Virus record (IMG/VR): IMGVR_UViG_3300046370_000202
DNA from: a virus
Reading direction: 5' to 3' (one strand)
DNA length: 64,000 bases
Part shown: positions 45,477 through 56,039 of the stretch, piece by piece
How positions within the stretch are numbered: position 1 is the first letter of the stretch
Layout of the letters: the number at the start of each line of letters is the position of its first letter
Position numbers and translations under genes: made by a program
Notes under the pieces: generated by a model
Told to the model about the DNA's origin: nothing
Database searches by the model: none
What the model saw: only the letters and a program-made list of their open reading frames with translations

Positions 45477-46416
45477 TAGTCACCTCGTGATATTCTTTAT
45501 ACCATTCATAGAATTTTGCGACACCCTCTGCGATACTCACCTTCGGTCGATACCCTAACGCCTGAAGTTTCTCTGTGTTTGACCAAGTCTCTTTGGTGTC
45601 GGCGGGATGTTTTGGTGCCAAGTTCTTGTCAGCTTCTTTGCCAGTATTCTTCTCAATTTCTGAAATAAAGTCCATCAACGGGACCTGTTCGCCGCGACCA
45701 ATGTTAAAGATCTCACCGGCCGGAATATCCTTATTGTCCAAGACAATTTCAATTCCATCATTGATGTCATCAACATACGTAAAGTCGCGTTTCATATCGC
45801 CATAGTTATAAACAGTTATTTGATTACCTGCAAGAACATTCTTAGTAAAGTCAAACAACGCCATATCCGGACGACCCCAAGGACCATAGACTGTGAAGAA
45901 CCGCAGACCGACAGTATTGAGACCAGACGACTGCATCTGACACTCGTTTGCCCACTTGGTATAACCATACGCGTTCAACTGTTTACCGTGTTCTTTGCCC
46001 TCCACCCATGGCACTGGTGCGCCGGCATAGATGCAAGATGTTGATGCATACAGGATACGTGTGTCTGGCATGTGTTTTTTACAAACATCAATTAGATTCT
46101 GTGTACCGTCAATATTGTTTGCGTGATAACTCTTTTCTTTGCCTAGAGAGTCTCGCACACCTGCCATTGCAGCTAAGTGGACAATAGTGTCTGGTTGAAA
46201 GTCTCGTAAAAGAGCTTCTAGTTTGATCTCATCTCGTAGGTCACATCCCCAAATATCAAGGCCGAAGTGTACCATACGATCACGTTTTAACACAGGGCTG
46301 TATAAGTGGTTGTTAAAATTGTCAATCCCCTTTACCACAAGTCCACGATCCATCAACCTCTTTGAAAGTTGAGAACCGATAAACCCTGCAGCGCCCGTAA
46401 CTAATACTCGTTCCAT
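45466..46416 (-). CDS. NAD-dependent epimerase (UDP-glucuronate 4-epimerase-like)
   Basis: TGAAGFIG, HLAA.AGVR, Y...K, FFTVYGPWGRPDMA. Confidence 0.9.
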   Translation of the reverse strand: MERVLVTGAAGFIGSQLSKRLMDRGLVVKGIDNFNNHLYSPVLKRDRMVHFGLDIWGCDLRDEIKLEALLRDFQPDTIVHLAAMAGVRDSLGKEKSYHANNIDGTQNLIDVCKKHMPDTRILYASTSCIYAGAPVPWVEGKEHGKQLNAYGYTKWANECQMQSSGLNTVGLRFFTVYGPWGRPDMALFDFTKNVLAGNQITVYNYGDMKRDFTYVDDINDGIEIVLDNKDIPAGEIFNIGRGEQVPLMDFISEIEKNTGKEADKNLAPKHPADTKETWSNTEKLQALGYRPKVSIAEGVAKFYEWYKEYHEVTNAE

Positions 46417-46417
46417 A

Positions 46418-47365
46418 TCAATTATTCCTGTATATAAATTCTAATGCCCTGTCCGCCTCTACGGTCAAGGGTCTATTCTCATACCAATTACCAGTCTCAC
46501 TGTCAAACTCACGGCACAAATCCGAAATCTGTTTTGCGCTGATCGGATATCCCTTAGAGTATGCATTACCTGCAATCGCAATCATAATCTTGTACATCTT
46601 GGAATACCATCCCGTTTCCGTGATCTGTTGATATTCCGCACCCAACCTACGGGGCCAGAAAGGACAGTCACGATAAGACGACCATCGGTAGTCGGTGTTA
46701 TTTAGACTGTCTTTACGATGCTGTATTATCGCCTTCTGCATCTCTGGCGGCAGTCTATCTAGGAAAGAATTCCCAGTCTTCTCGTGATAAGGATGTTTTG
46801 CAATCAACTCAGATGCGTTGAGGGCAGACCCACCTGAGTTAACAATAAAGAAACTATAAGCGTCCTTATACTGGCCTGGCGCATAGTACATACGTGCGAG
46901 GTCTTTAGTCTGTGGATCGCCCAACTCACCCAGTTCGGTGTTGAGGGCGTGCCAAAACGGTTTTATACGAGCATTCTCAATCTGTTCATCCAGACGGAAT
47001 ATAATGCGAAATTTAAGATTATCTCTTCTACACCCTGCTGTATTATAAACGACATAGTCATACTGACCATACTGACGTTGCAACCAAGTTCTTAAGGACT
47101 CAGTATCACGGCAACCGTCAATAGGGTCATCCACATCAACGCAACACCAACTACTCCAATAAAGAACAGACTTGTTACTACGCGTCGTACCCACGTCGAA
47201 CACAGCAGGAGTAAGAAGAGGAGAACTGTTAGGACCACCTTTCTCTCCTGGCTTAGTGTAAGAATCACGAAGACACACCACGAAGTCCATCCACGACATA
47301 AACGTGGTACGACGATGTGTCTTGTTATCAAACTGGTTTTTAAAAATTGTTAGTTCGTATGTCAT
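46418..47365 (-). CDS. primase-polymerase (AEP)-like protein
   Basis: DVD, KFRIIF.L, D...KD..R.YY.P. Confidence 0.6.
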   Translation of the reverse strand: MTYELTIFKNQFDNKTHRRTTFMSWMDFVVCLRDSYTKPGEKGGPNSSPLLTPAVFDVGTTRSNKSVLYWSSWCCVDVDDPIDGCRDTESLRTWLQRQYGQYDYVVYNTAGCRRDNLKFRIIFRLDEQIENARIKPFWHALNTELGELGDPQTKDLARMYYAPGQYKDAYSFFIVNSGGSALNASELIAKHPYHEKTGNSFLDRLPPEMQKAIIQHRKDSLNNTDYRWSSYRDCPFWPRRLGAEYQQITETGWYSKMYKIMIAIAGNAYSKGYPISAKQISDLCREFDSETGNWYENRPLTVEADRALEFIYRNN

Positions 47366-48498
47366 CTTATGATGTCGATATCTTCGGGATTAGTATTCCA
47401 AGTCTCAACTATCGTGCGTAGTCTACCCTCGGACTTAAGGGTCTCATAACGTTTAGACGCCTTGTTCTTCCACCACTCAATGATATTCTCAACTTCGAAT
47501 CTGTCAAAGTTTTCTGCTGGTTTGAGTTCATCAGTTTTTAAATTCATGTAATCTTTAACCGACTGAGCCTCATGACCATATGTGCTATAATACGAACGCT
47601 TACGTTCTGTCAGACCCTTCGCATCAAGGAAGGTTTGACAGAACTTTTGATACGCACCATCATCCACACCTTTGAGTGAGGCCTTGATGATTGAAGCCAT
47701 CTTTGTCTGTGTCTTCAGTTTACGAGATGACGCATCGGCGGGAACCAGATACTCACCCTCGTTGCGTTCCTTGAACCAGTCGTTCAGTGTTCGGAACTTG
47801 GTATCGTTGATCAACGGTGCAAAGTTACTGTCTGTCAATCCGTTGTGACGTAAGAACGGCCGCATACCATCATACATCGATGATGACTTAGAGGAACCAT
47901 ACAAACTAGTTGTTTCGAAAAGACATATGTTTGCATCGTACTTTTTGTTTAACGCACGACGCACTAGATGCGAACAACAAATGCCCGCCAACAGTTTACC
48001 ACCAAGGTAGTTATATCCTACGGGCTGGACAGGAACAATATTAAAACCCATTATGGCAGACTTGTTAAATCTTTTCATAACATCTGGGTTCATGGTGTCA
48101 AGAGGCGCACCCAACCATTCGTTACGTGGACGCGAATTAATCGTAGGTGACCCAAAACGGATCATCCCAAATACTTGACCAGTGTTCTTCTCTTTGACGA
48201 TGTAGAGAAGTTGTTTGCCTGGGATCGACGACTCGACTGGCGCGGATGTCGTGATCTCCATATATGTCATGAAGTGATCCTGACGACACTCGTATATTGA
48301 GAATTCCATGTCGTTGGGATGAATAGAGAAGTCGTCAAACAAATCCGTCTCTGGGCCCATGCCAGGCAGAGATGCTGGAAAGGTTGCCATACGATCCATT
48401 TTGATAGAACGTTGGTATTCGTCGATGCGATCGAAACTGCCAAAGAAATCAGAAAAGACATTCGCCGCATGGATTGCGTCTTGCTTAGATAGAATCAT
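47362..48498 (-). CDS. DUF4338/DruA-like protein
   Basis: VP.QP.GYNYLGGKLLA, TTSLYG..S.Y. Confidence 0.6.
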   Translation of the reverse strand: MILSKQDAIHAANVFSDFFGSFDRIDEYQRSIKMDRMATFPASLPGMGPETDLFDDFSIHPNDMEFSIYECRQDHFMTYMEITTSAPVESSIPGKQLLYIVKEKNTGQVFGMIRFGSPTINSRPRNEWLGAPLDTMNPDVMKRFNKSAIMGFNIVPVQPVGYNYLGGKLLAGICCSHLVRRALNKKYDANICLFETTSLYGSSKSSSMYDGMRPFLRHNGLTDSNFAPLINDTKFRTLNDWFKERNEGEYLVPADASSRKLKTQTKMASIIKASLKGVDDGAYQKFCQTFLDAKGLTERKRSYYSTYGHEAQSVKDYMNLKTDELKPAENFDRFEVENIIEWWKNKASKRYETLKSEGRLRTIVETWNTNPEDIDIIR

Positions 48499-48521
48499 GT
48501 ATTACTCCCATTACGAAACAC

Positions 48522-48550
48522 ATTATATCAAATAAAGTGTCAACTGTCAA
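48522..48550 (-). promoter_or_regulatory. sigma70 promoter
   Basis: TTGACA-N17-TATAAT. Confidence 0.75.
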
Positions 48551-48555
48551 GACAC

Positions 48556-48579
48556 AAAAAAGGGGACTTGCGTCCCCTT
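48556..48579 (-). terminator. Rho-independent terminator
   Basis: AAGGGGAC-gcaa-GTCCCCTT followed by T run. Confidence 0.85.
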
Positions 48580-48584
48580 GTTAC

Positions 48585-49781
48585 TTACTGATCATCTTCA
48601 GTTGAGATGTCACAAAAGTAATTGCCCTTGCGTTGGTAAAGTGTCTCTGTGATCGGATCATACAGGACTGGTTCATCGAAAGAGTGTGCAGAACCAACAG
48701 CCGGTAGGAGTCCGTATATGCTGATACGCGAGTTACCATCACCATTCAATACAATGTTGGCATCTGACATAAAAGTATTGAACTTGTCAATGTTGTTTTT
48801 TGCAACGGTCTCGAAAGAAGTCAGAGGGTCTGTGCCAGTAAGAGTACTTGTATGCAAAACAATTCGTATCTCTGCATTTGGATTCGCTGCTGCCTTACGT
48901 AAAGCAGAAGTAAATACCTTTGAGATAGTCGAAGCAGCCGAACACATATAGATGACCTTGCCATCTTTCGAATTCTGCAACTTGAATTGCGTCATGTAGG
49001 CCTTGATCTGGAAGTGAGCCTTAGGGTTCGAAGACCACGACGCAACTGGCGTAGAAGGGTTGAACTGGTTGTAGACAGAGTAGGCGATATCGTGGCGCTT
49101 ACCCTCAGTAAACCTAAAACCAATGCGTTCAGTACGTGCAAGAAGATCCTCAATGCTTAGTGGGTTAACACCTGCCTTACCTCCAGACTCTTTAAAGATA
49201 GTCGACTGAACAGTCAGTGCATCCTTTACATCTTCCATTGAGTTCGGGTTAGATGCGGGTTCCTCTTGTAGGGTCTGACCCATGTAAGAGATAGCATCCT
49301 CGACTTCCCACTCAGTTGCGCCTTCTACAGGTACGTAAATGGCAGCAATGTAGTTTTCATGACCGTTCGCTGAGAAGTACTCTTTACGTGTATCTCCGGT
49401 CAACTGAGTGTCGGTTGTACCGACACGTAGTTCCGAAGGTGGAAGTTCGGTTAACTTAAAACCCTTATCCAAAGAACGAAACACATTCTTTGGATCCTTG
49501 ACACGGCCACCTTTGCGGTGATCCTGAGCAACGGTCGATTTTATGGGTTTCAGTTCGAAGTGCAAAAAGCGGATGGCTGGGTGGATTTCATCACCAAAGT
49601 GTTTTGGTTCAGATTCGGACCATAGAGTCTCGTATAACCACTCGTAGGTTTCAACATCTTGTTCGTTGAAGGTGCGTTCCTTCAGATTTATAATCCACTT
49701 CTTCTTGTTTTGGGCCTTTGTCTTCAATGTACCATCAGCGCCACGTGAAGAAGTTATATTTGTTACCTTGTTTTTTGACAT
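48585..49781 (-). CDS. hypothetical protein (possible ParB/Srx-like N-terminal domain)
   Basis: LTGDTR resembles the ParB G..R motif; weak. Confidence 0.45.
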   Translation of the reverse strand: MSKNKVTNITSSRGADGTLKTKAQNKKKWIINLKERTFNEQDVETYEWLYETLWSESEPKHFGDEIHPAIRFLHFELKPIKSTVAQDHRKGGRVKDPKNVFRSLDKGFKLTELPPSELRVGTTDTQLTGDTRKEYFSANGHENYIAAIYVPVEGATEWEVEDAISYMGQTLQEEPASNPNSMEDVKDALTVQSTIFKESGGKAGVNPLSIEDLLARTERIGFRFTEGKRHDIAYSVYNQFNPSTPVASWSSNPKAHFQIKAYMTQFKLQNSKDGKVIYMCSAASTISKVFTSALRKAAANPNAEIRIVLHTSTLTGTDPLTSFETVAKNNIDKFNTFMSDANIVLNGDGNSRISIYGLLPAVGSAHSFDEPVLYDPITETLYQRKGNYFCDISTEDDQ

Positions 49782-49864
49782 TTTGTCTCTCCGATTTAGT
49801 CGTGAGTTAGTTTAGTTTCAATACACTGTCCTTTAGGGATCAGTATTTGTATATAGTACCACAC

Positions 49865-50398
49865 TTAAAGTGTGTTTGGCAAGGGCTTTCTGATAGAAAT
49901 TACATTACCATCCGGATCAGTACACACAAGTTTACCACCTTGAACGTCTTGAACCAAACCCATTGACCGTTTATGGAATCGGTATCTCCAACCGTACCAC
50001 TTTGTTGGGTTACCTTCACCATAAGGCGGATCACATTCCATAAGGTCATATTGACCCGCCGTAACATCGATGATTGTATCGTTATGATTCAACCACCAAT
50101 GTATATTCCCCAGTTCATCTGTACCACTATATGATATGAGATCATCTTTCTCATCACCATCAAGCATGATATACATGGCCTGAGTAGAATGATAACAATG
50201 ACCAAATAAAGGATTGGTCTCGTTATCCTCTTTATATTTAGAAGACAGTAGTTCTGGTCTTAATACCTTACGTATCTCTTCAGAAACTTCATCTACTTCA
50301 TCAAAGGAAATGGGAGTATAACACAAAGTCCAAGTCTTTGTCAAGCCCCACTCACCATCTTCTTTTCTGTCAAAAGATTCTCTTTTTACTGTTTTCAT
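49865..50398 (-). CDS. hypothetical protein
   Basis: GHCY...HWW....D.T..Q, transglutaminase-like C/H/D spacing. Confidence 0.5.
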   Translation of the reverse strand: MKTVKRESFDRKEDGEWGLTKTWTLCYTPISFDEVDEVSEEIRKVLRPELLSSKYKEDNETNPLFGHCYHSTQAMYIMLDGDEKDDLISYSGTDELGNIHWWLNHNDTIIDVTAGQYDLMECDPPYGEGNPTKWYGWRYRFHKRSMGLVQDVQGGKLVCTDPDGNVISIRKPLPNTL

Positions 50399-50406
50399 AA
50401 TCTGAT

Positions 50407-50435
50407 ATTATACGGTAATAAATTATATATGTCAA
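50407..50435 (-). promoter_or_regulatory. sigma70 promoter
   Basis: TTGACA-N17-TATAAT. Confidence 0.75.
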
Positions 50436-52909
50436 GCGAAAAAATCTTCTAGAGTTGCAGCCGGTTCTGCAGTCCACCCAACAGCATCTAGAATAGGGGT
50501 TAATGGGTCAAGGAATGTTTTGTCAAACATTGTGTCGTAATCAATGTGTTTGTGCAGACCCAGTTCCTCCGGAAGATTTAGTGGAAACGAAACGACATTT
50601 TCTCCCAGTTTGTTTGGAACCTTCAGATAAACAAACTTAATCTTCTCGCCCTGTTTAACCGACTCATACTTGATAGACAGTCCCTGTGACTTAATCGCAT
50701 TATTGAAACACAACGCACCCCGAACGTGGATAGGTGTGCCTTTCTTGTAAATCATTTCGCGGTCTGTCCACTTAATCAAGTCTGATACACCACGCGGGAA
50801 AGACACATCTTCTGGCGGCAGAGATTTAAAATCCGACTTGAAGTTGCGAATAAACGACTGTGTGTCTCCTTCGGTCCCCTCGATGATCACACGGAAGATC
50901 TGTTTAAACCTGTCACGAACAACCTGCGGCGTGGACGACTTGATCGCCTCAATACCCATCATCTTGAGTTTGGGTTCAGCAAACTGTACGCCCTCCGAAT
51001 TGTGGACGTTGAGGATATATCTCTTCTTGGCCATCCAGATGCCACGATCCGCAATCACCTCTCGTTCCATGACCATACGTTGATCATACGCACCTGTCAC
51101 ATCAGCAAGTTGTTGATAGGCCTTGTTTAGAACTGGCTCAAAGTGATCGTTGCAGATGTTATCCAGAAACTTTACAGGATTCTTGGGACTGAACTTATCA
51201 ACAAGACCCCCCATTCTAATATAAACAGAATCGGTGTCAATTGCCACAACATAGTCTTCATCGGTCCCCAGTATCTTCTGCATCTCATTGTTTACAGCTC
51301 TCTCCGCCCATTTAATCACCAACTGACCAGCAGCAGTAATTGACTCGGCGACTCTCTGATCAAAGTAACGGAACCACTTGTTACCCAATGCACCATAAAG
51401 AGAGTTCATCAAAATCTTAATGGCCATCTGTTGGTTGTTAAGAGAGGCAATTCGGTACTCTAATTGTTTAGAGGGATTCTTCTGCAGTTCTTTCTCGGCA
51501 TCTAACATCTCGCGTTTTATCACTTTACGTTCGGCCGAGTATTGTTCAATAATTGTAGGGACAACACCTTTGCGATCGTGGGAGAATCGGACCCCCGTAG
51601 GCGCAAGGGAGAACCCTTCACCGTCAATGACACAACTACCATCCAAGAAACTATCCACACTTGCCCTCACGTCCAGACCATCTATAACGGTCTCTGGCGA
51701 CATGTTGTACTGTACGATGATGTTTGGATATAGAGAGTTTAAGTCAAAAGAGGTGACCCAGTCGTGCGAACCTACCTGCGGATCTTTTACATAACCGCCG
51801 GGATATGGTGTTTTAGGTTTCTCCGTCTTGGGGGGCACAACAATCTTTTGTTCTGTCAACATACGATAGATGATGCAGTCCCAGATATTAGTAGTGCCCA
51901 GAGTGTCGTTATAGTTCACTCCTGCCTTATAAGCCATCGTGAGGATCAGTGAGATCAGATCAAGTTTCTCATCAATCTTATGTACCAACTCCACGTCTTT
52001 AATGTTATAGTCAATGAACTTTTGATAGTCCTCTTTATACAAAGTGAAAAGGTTACCATGTTCTTCGTAAGAGAGTTTGCGTTCTCCAAGAACAACGTGC
52101 GCAATGTGGTCAAGACGATACGATTCTTGTTGGCCTAAAGTGTTGTAAGTAAACTTCCGAAAGACCTCAAGATAATCCAGTTGTTCAACGCCTTCAATGA
52201 TGTATTCTTGATTCTCCTTGCCATTAATCTTGGTCTTACGTTCACGCACTGCGCCCCAAGGCGAGAGTCGTTTTAGTAACGTGTCGTCACCAAATAGTTT
52301 AACACAACGGTTGATGATGTAAGGCATATCAAAGAATCGGGTGTTCCACCCAGTGATGACATCGGGAGAGTAACGCTGGAAGTGATCTACGAACTTGCGG
52401 ACCAGATCAATCTCATTGTCGCACTTGATGAACAGAACATCCTCACGCGTAGGCGTGTAGTCATTAAGACCCCAGACCCAGTAGTTACCATCGTTCTTAC
52501 GAATGGCGATTGAGATAATTGGGTGCGCAGCTTCAGCCGGTTCGGGGAACCCTTGATCGGACGCCACCTCAATATCAATATTTAAAACGCGGACCAAGTC
52601 GCGGTCATACTTGATCTTATTAGGAAAATTCTCTGCAATAAATTGTGCAGTATAATTGGTGTTTCCATAAACTTTGAAGTTGGAGACATCAGCATATTTT
52701 TTGTTAAACTCTGTCGCCTCTGGCATAGAGTCAAACTGTACTTCTACAACAGAAGTGCCCTCCAGAGTTTTCCACTCAGATGGGCTGTCGCCGGTCACGT
52801 AAAGTTTGGGTTTAAATGGAATGCGCAACTTGACTTGCTTGCCGTTGTCATATCCACGATAAAGAATGTTGCTGCCCATACGCAGCACAGAGGTATAAAA
52901 TTTAGTCAT
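50432..52909 (-). CDS. 43: family B DNA polymerase gp43
   Basis: DIE exonuclease, [29 protein letters not shown]; C-terminal clamp-binding LEDFF. Confidence 0.97.
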   Translation of the reverse strand: MTKFYTSVLRMGSNILYRGYDNGKQVKLRIPFKPKLYVTGDSPSEWKTLEGTSVVEVQFDSMPEATEFNKKYADVSNFKVYGNTNYTAQFIAENFPNKIKYDRDLVRVLNIDIEVASDQGFPEPAEAAHPIISIAIRKNDGNYWVWGLNDYTPTREDVLFIKCDNEIDLVRKFVDHFQRYSPDVITGWNTRFFDMPYIINRCVKLFGDDTLLKRLSPWGAVRERKTKINGKENQEYIIEGVEQLDYLEVFRKFTYNTLGQQESYRLDHIAHVVLGERKLSYEEHGNLFTLYKEDYQKFIDYNIKDVELVHKIDEKLDLISLILTMAYKAGVNYNDTLGTTNIWDCIIYRMLTEQKIVVPPKTEKPKTPYPGGYVKDPQVGSHDWVTSFDLNSLYPNIIVQYNMSPETVIDGLDVRASVDSFLDGSCVIDGEGFSLAPTGVRFSHDRKGVVPTIIEQYSAERKVIKREMLDAEKELQKNPSKQLEYRIASLNNQQMAIKILMNSLYGALGNKWFRYFDQRVAESITAAGQLVIKWAERAVNNEMQKILGTDEDYVVAIDTDSVYIRMGGLVDKFSPKNPVKFLDNICNDHFEPVLNKAYQQLADVTGAYDQRMVMEREVIADRGIWMAKKRYILNVHNSEGVQFAEPKLKMMGIEAIKSSTPQVVRDRFKQIFRVIIEGTEGDTQSFIRNFKSDFKSLPPEDVSFPRGVSDLIKWTDREMIYKKGTPIHVRGALCFNNAIKSQGLSIKYESVKQGEKIKFVYLKVPNKLGENVVSFPLNLPEELGLHKHIDYDTMFDKTFLDPLTPILDAVGWTAEPAATLEDFFA

Positions 52910-52916
52910 GTGGTGA

Positions 52917-52945
52917 ATTATACACCCAAATTATGCGTATGTCAA
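52917..52945 (-). promoter_or_regulatory. sigma70 promoter of gene 43
   Basis: TTGACA-N17-TATAAT. Confidence 0.75.
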
Positions 52946-53751
52946 TCAATAACGTGAAAAAATTTATGTCTATTCCAAGGTTCCTGTATCTTTTTATCAC
53001 TATATCCATGATGATCCTGTGTGACTGAAAGGCGTTTTGAAATCACCTGTGTCGTCGGTGTAGGGATTCCTGTCATATGACGATCAGGATAATTAAAATA
53101 AATCCCGATATCTCGACCAACACCTATAGTATCACATTTGGTCCAAGGATGTAAAGCGGTATTTTTGATTCCATAATAATTAATTTCTGGTAGTTCTAGA
53201 TGACGTGTAGTGTATGTTCTGAAAAGACGTTGCATCACACAATAGGGCCCACAGTTGATAGGAAATGCATTGTTCAAGAGCATGTGGTATCCCCAGTGCG
53301 CAAATCTTTGATCCATGCAATACATACCCATGAACAGTCCTATATTCGCGTAGAGCGTGTTCTCTGCGTACTCAGCGAGTAGTTTAAAGGATTCATACCT
53401 CTCTTCCACCAACCAAGTGTCATGTTCCATGATCCAGAACTTTTCTTCTGACTCGCCCTGTTGGCGCATCAAATCCCAGTGAGAACACATCCCAGCCTTC
53501 TCTGTAGGGGAGTGGTCATCTTTTTCTTTGCCTGATAATGTGTCTAAAGTCATAAGACTTTTAGACCAAACATACTTATCTACATGTTCTTGAAACGTAT
53601 CAGATTGTGGGGTGATTGCGTCAAAGGTTTCAATAGAGTCGATGTAACCTTCGTCGATAGCGCGTTGGAAAGACTGACGGGAGAGTTCTGCGTACTCTTC
53701 AGACCGTTCGTCTCCTTTCATAACTATTTGTATTGCTTTCATATGACTCAC
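52942..53751 (-). CDS. GT25-like glycosyltransferase
   Basis: F.A.TP, E.....SH..L, I.EHD. Confidence 0.55.
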   Translation of the reverse strand: MSHMKAIQIVMKGDERSEEYAELSRQSFQRAIDEGYIDSIETFDAITPQSDTFQEHVDKYVWSKSLMTLDTLSGKEKDDHSPTEKAGMCSHWDLMRQQGESEEKFWIMEHDTWLVEERYESFKLLAEYAENTLYANIGLFMGMYCMDQRFAHWGYHMLLNNAFPINCGPYCVMQRLFRTYTTRHLELPEINYYGIKNTALHPWTKCDTIGVGRDIGIYFNYPDRHMTGIPTPTTQVISKRLSVTQDHHGYSDKKIQEPWNRHKFFHVID

Positions 53752-53779
53752 AAAAAAGGGGGATGTTACTCCCCCTTAT
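53752..53779 (-). terminator. Rho-independent terminator
   Basis: AAGGGGGA-gtaaca-TCCCCCTT followed by T run. Confidence 0.8.
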
Positions 53780-53782
53780 TTA

Positions 53783-53890
53783 TTACATTAGTTGTTGGAC
53801 ACAGACGGCTACCACGAATACACTTGATAGTCCTGCGAACATCCAACCCATCTCCTCTAACCTAGAGTTGGCTCGGTTGCTCTTCTCCAT
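53783..53890 (-). CDS. small membrane peptide (35 aa)
   Basis: Manual translation; GAGGAG RBS. Confidence 0.45.
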   Translation of the reverse strand: MEKSNRANSRLEEMGWMFAGLSSVFVVAVCVQQLM

Positions 53891-54347
53891 TGTTGCTCTC
53901 CTCGTTTAAAAGTTGCGGGGTCGATTGATAAGTGACACCCGAATTAATTGTTACTTTACGAGGCTTCTGACTTTCAGGGATTATTACCTCCAATTGGATG
54001 GCAAGTAACCCGTTCCTGAAATCAGCTCCCATTACTTCAACATACTCCGACAGACGGAACTGACGTTCAAATCTCTTCGTCGAAATGCCTTTATGAATAT
54101 ACTCTCTAGTGTCGTTTACAGACCCTCGAATGCTAAGTGTACGGTTCTTTACTTCGATCTCGAGTTCGTCTTCCGTGAATCCGGCGACTGCTAACTCGAT
54201 TAGGTATTGATCCTCTCCCGTCTTTAGAATGTTATGCGGGGGGAACGTATCACCCGAGTGTCGTGCGACTCTATCCAATTCGTCGATCATAGTATCAAAT
54301 CCGACGAATGCTGAACGTGGGAACAGTTGTTTTGCTGTTAATGTCAT
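53862..54347 (-). CDS. small heat-shock protein Hsp20 (IbpA-like)
   Basis: FVGFD, PPHNI, IELAVAGF, HKGIS.K.F.R.F.L, NGLL. Confidence 0.93.
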   Translation of the reverse strand: MTLTAKQLFPRSAFVGFDTMIDELDRVARHSGDTFPPHNILKTGEDQYLIELAVAGFTEDELEIEVKNRTLSIRGSVNDTREYIHKGISTKRFERQFRLSEYVEVMGADFRNGLLAIQLEVIIPESQKPRKVTINSGVTYQSTPQLLNEESNNGEEQPSQL

Positions 54348-54408
54348 GTTGTGACTCCTTAAAATTAAGCAAGTTTAAAAAGAGTGCCCGAAACATTCGG
54401 CACACTCG
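54348..54408 (-). promoter_or_regulatory. ROSE-like RNA thermometer leader
   Basis: CUUGCUUAA pairs with UUAAGGAG with a bulged G; upstream hairpin. Confidence 0.55.
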
Positions 54409-54461
54409 TTACTATATATACGAGTTATGATACTAAAAGTAACATATAATTTGTGAATATG

Positions 54462-54710
54462 TCACGCAAAAGGATCATAGTCGTCATCATCTATCTCTAT
54501 AATAGGGACAGAATCATCAACCAACACAACCCTTTCATTTTCGATCATGTCGATGATTTCTTTTGTGACCTTGATGTCCATTTCTATGAACGCTTGCTTC
54601 TGCAAGCACATGTCCAAGTGTCTGTAATAAAAATCTAATTCTTTTTCTTTCTCTAATTTCTTTTTAGCTACTTCAGAAAACGAAACAATGTTGTTTTTGT
54701 TATCTGTCAT
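54462..54710 (-). CDS. hypothetical protein
   Basis: ORF with AGGA RBS. Confidence 0.6.
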   Translation of the reverse strand: MTDNKNNIVSFSEVAKKKLEKEKELDFYYRHLDMCLQKQAFIEMDIKVTKEIIDMIENERVVLVDDSVPIIEIDDDDYDPFA

Positions 54711-54719
54711 ATCTTGTCC

Positions 54720-55259
54720 TTAGTAGTACATTGACGGATCTGGGCTTCCTTCTACCCCGAATGAGAATGATACTCGCGAAACTTTAGGAAACACTTGATG
54801 GTGAGTTCCTCTAGGCAAATACACATACATGCCTGGCTCAAAGTCAAACGGTTCATTATTGTTTATGCCTTCTACTTTTAGACCGACCGTACTAATAACC
54901 TGAACTAAGAACACATCCATAGAATCTTTGTGCCATGGATAAGATCCGCTTGCACGACCAAAACCACTAAACGCAATGTTCGTGATTTTGTTTGCGTGAA
55001 GCGCGAAGACATCCTGCATTTCTTCATAGATCTTTTTCGCAAAGTCCGGTGCACTACCGCGACTATGAAACGAATTTAATCCTATACGCATTTTGTCTGA
55101 GTTGCGATCGTAGAGATCATTCGGATGCGAGTCCATCATTTGCATGTACTCATTCCAATTATAGGTCTCTTCCATATCAAACGGCAAGTTTCCTATGAAT
55201 GGTGTTTTGGTCCGAATGTTCTCATCACGATCGTCAAAAATACCATAATATTCTGACAT
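54720..55259 (-). CDS. JmjC/cupin-4 family oxygenase
   Basis: H.D..DVFLVQ, PG...YLPRG.HH. Confidence 0.75.
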   Translation of the reverse strand: MSEYYGIFDDRDENIRTKTPFIGNLPFDMEETYNWNEYMQMMDSHPNDLYDRNSDKMRIGLNSFHSRGSAPDFAKKIYEEMQDVFALHANKITNIAFSGFGRASGSYPWHKDSMDVFLVQVISTVGLKVEGINNNEPFDFEPGMYVYLPRGTHHQVFPKVSRVSFSFGVEGSPDPSMYY

Positions 55260-55261
55260 TA

Positions 55262-55672
55262 TCAGTTGTTTCCAATATTATACTTCGGTTGCAAGTTCCA
55301 GTTGGACTTGTCTTTGTATGAGATGATCTTGATCTGTCTCATCGGAGCACAGTCAAGTGCAACGTCTTTATTAACTATTGCAACTAAGCCCCAATCTGCA
55401 AGCAGAGTGGCGATAGTGTTACGTCGTTCCATGTCTGAAACTTCTAGATTAGATTTCTTGCCGTCCAACAAGAACAACTCCTTAAAATGGACGATAAAGT
55501 ACCTACCCTGCTTGTGCAAGATATGGCATGATTGGAATAGGGTATTATCTCTACGCGAAGCAACCCCTATACGCGTTAGTGTTTCTCTGACCTTTAAAAA
55601 GTCATCTGGTTCTGCCAACGTGATTTCTAACATCATGTCGGAGTTCCATTGAACTAGATTATTCTCTTCCAC
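55262..55672 (-). CDS. regA: translational repressor RegA
   Basis: DDFLKVRETLTRIG.A, QSCHILHK.G.Y.IVHFKE. Confidence 0.95.
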   Translation of the reverse strand: MEENNLVQWNSDMMLEITLAEPDDFLKVRETLTRIGVASRRDNTLFQSCHILHKQGRYFIVHFKELFLLDGKKSNLEVSDMERRNTIATLLADWGLVAIVNKDVALDCAPMRQIKIISYKDKSNWNLQPKYNIGNN

Positions 55673-56039
55673 CTCTGGATACCTTATTTTTGATAGTTTT
55701 TATTTGTGATTCTGTCAAGAGCCCAATAATTTGTTTCGCTTTTGATTCACTATACCCAAAATATTCCTTAATACACTCCAAGTCGTCTCGTTGTTCAGGC
55801 TTATCCCATTTAGAGAATCGTTTCTTCTTACGTACAATATTTATAAGAAAGTCGTATTGCATCTTCGCATCTAGATGATGTAATCTGTTCATTTCATTCG
55901 ACATAATTACAGTATCTGGAAAATATGATAAAGACCTGTTTACGAGAAACGAGTTATATTTAGTCTCCACGTCCTCATCTTTGTCCATAAGATTAATTTT
56001 TGTGTTATTAATACTGGTCACAAACTCAAATGGACTCAT
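55659..56039 (-). CDS. 62: clamp loader small subunit gp62
   Basis: Y..F.VNR.LS...D, K.R.SKW.K; position after gene 44. Confidence 0.9.
   Translation of the reverse strand: MSPFEFVTSINNTKINLMDKDEDVETKYNSFLVNRSLSYFPDTVIMSNEMNRLHHLDAKMQYDFLINIVRKKKRFSKWDKPEQRDDLECIKEYFGYSESKAKQIIGLLTESQIKTIKNKVSRGGRE

Noticed and set aside
47362-48498. Druantia defence system
   Set aside because: No DruE helicase or other dru genes in the window
50432-52909. Introns or inteins in gene 43, nrdA, nrdB or gene 41
   Set aside because: The ORFs are continuous and of normal length, with no intein motifs seen
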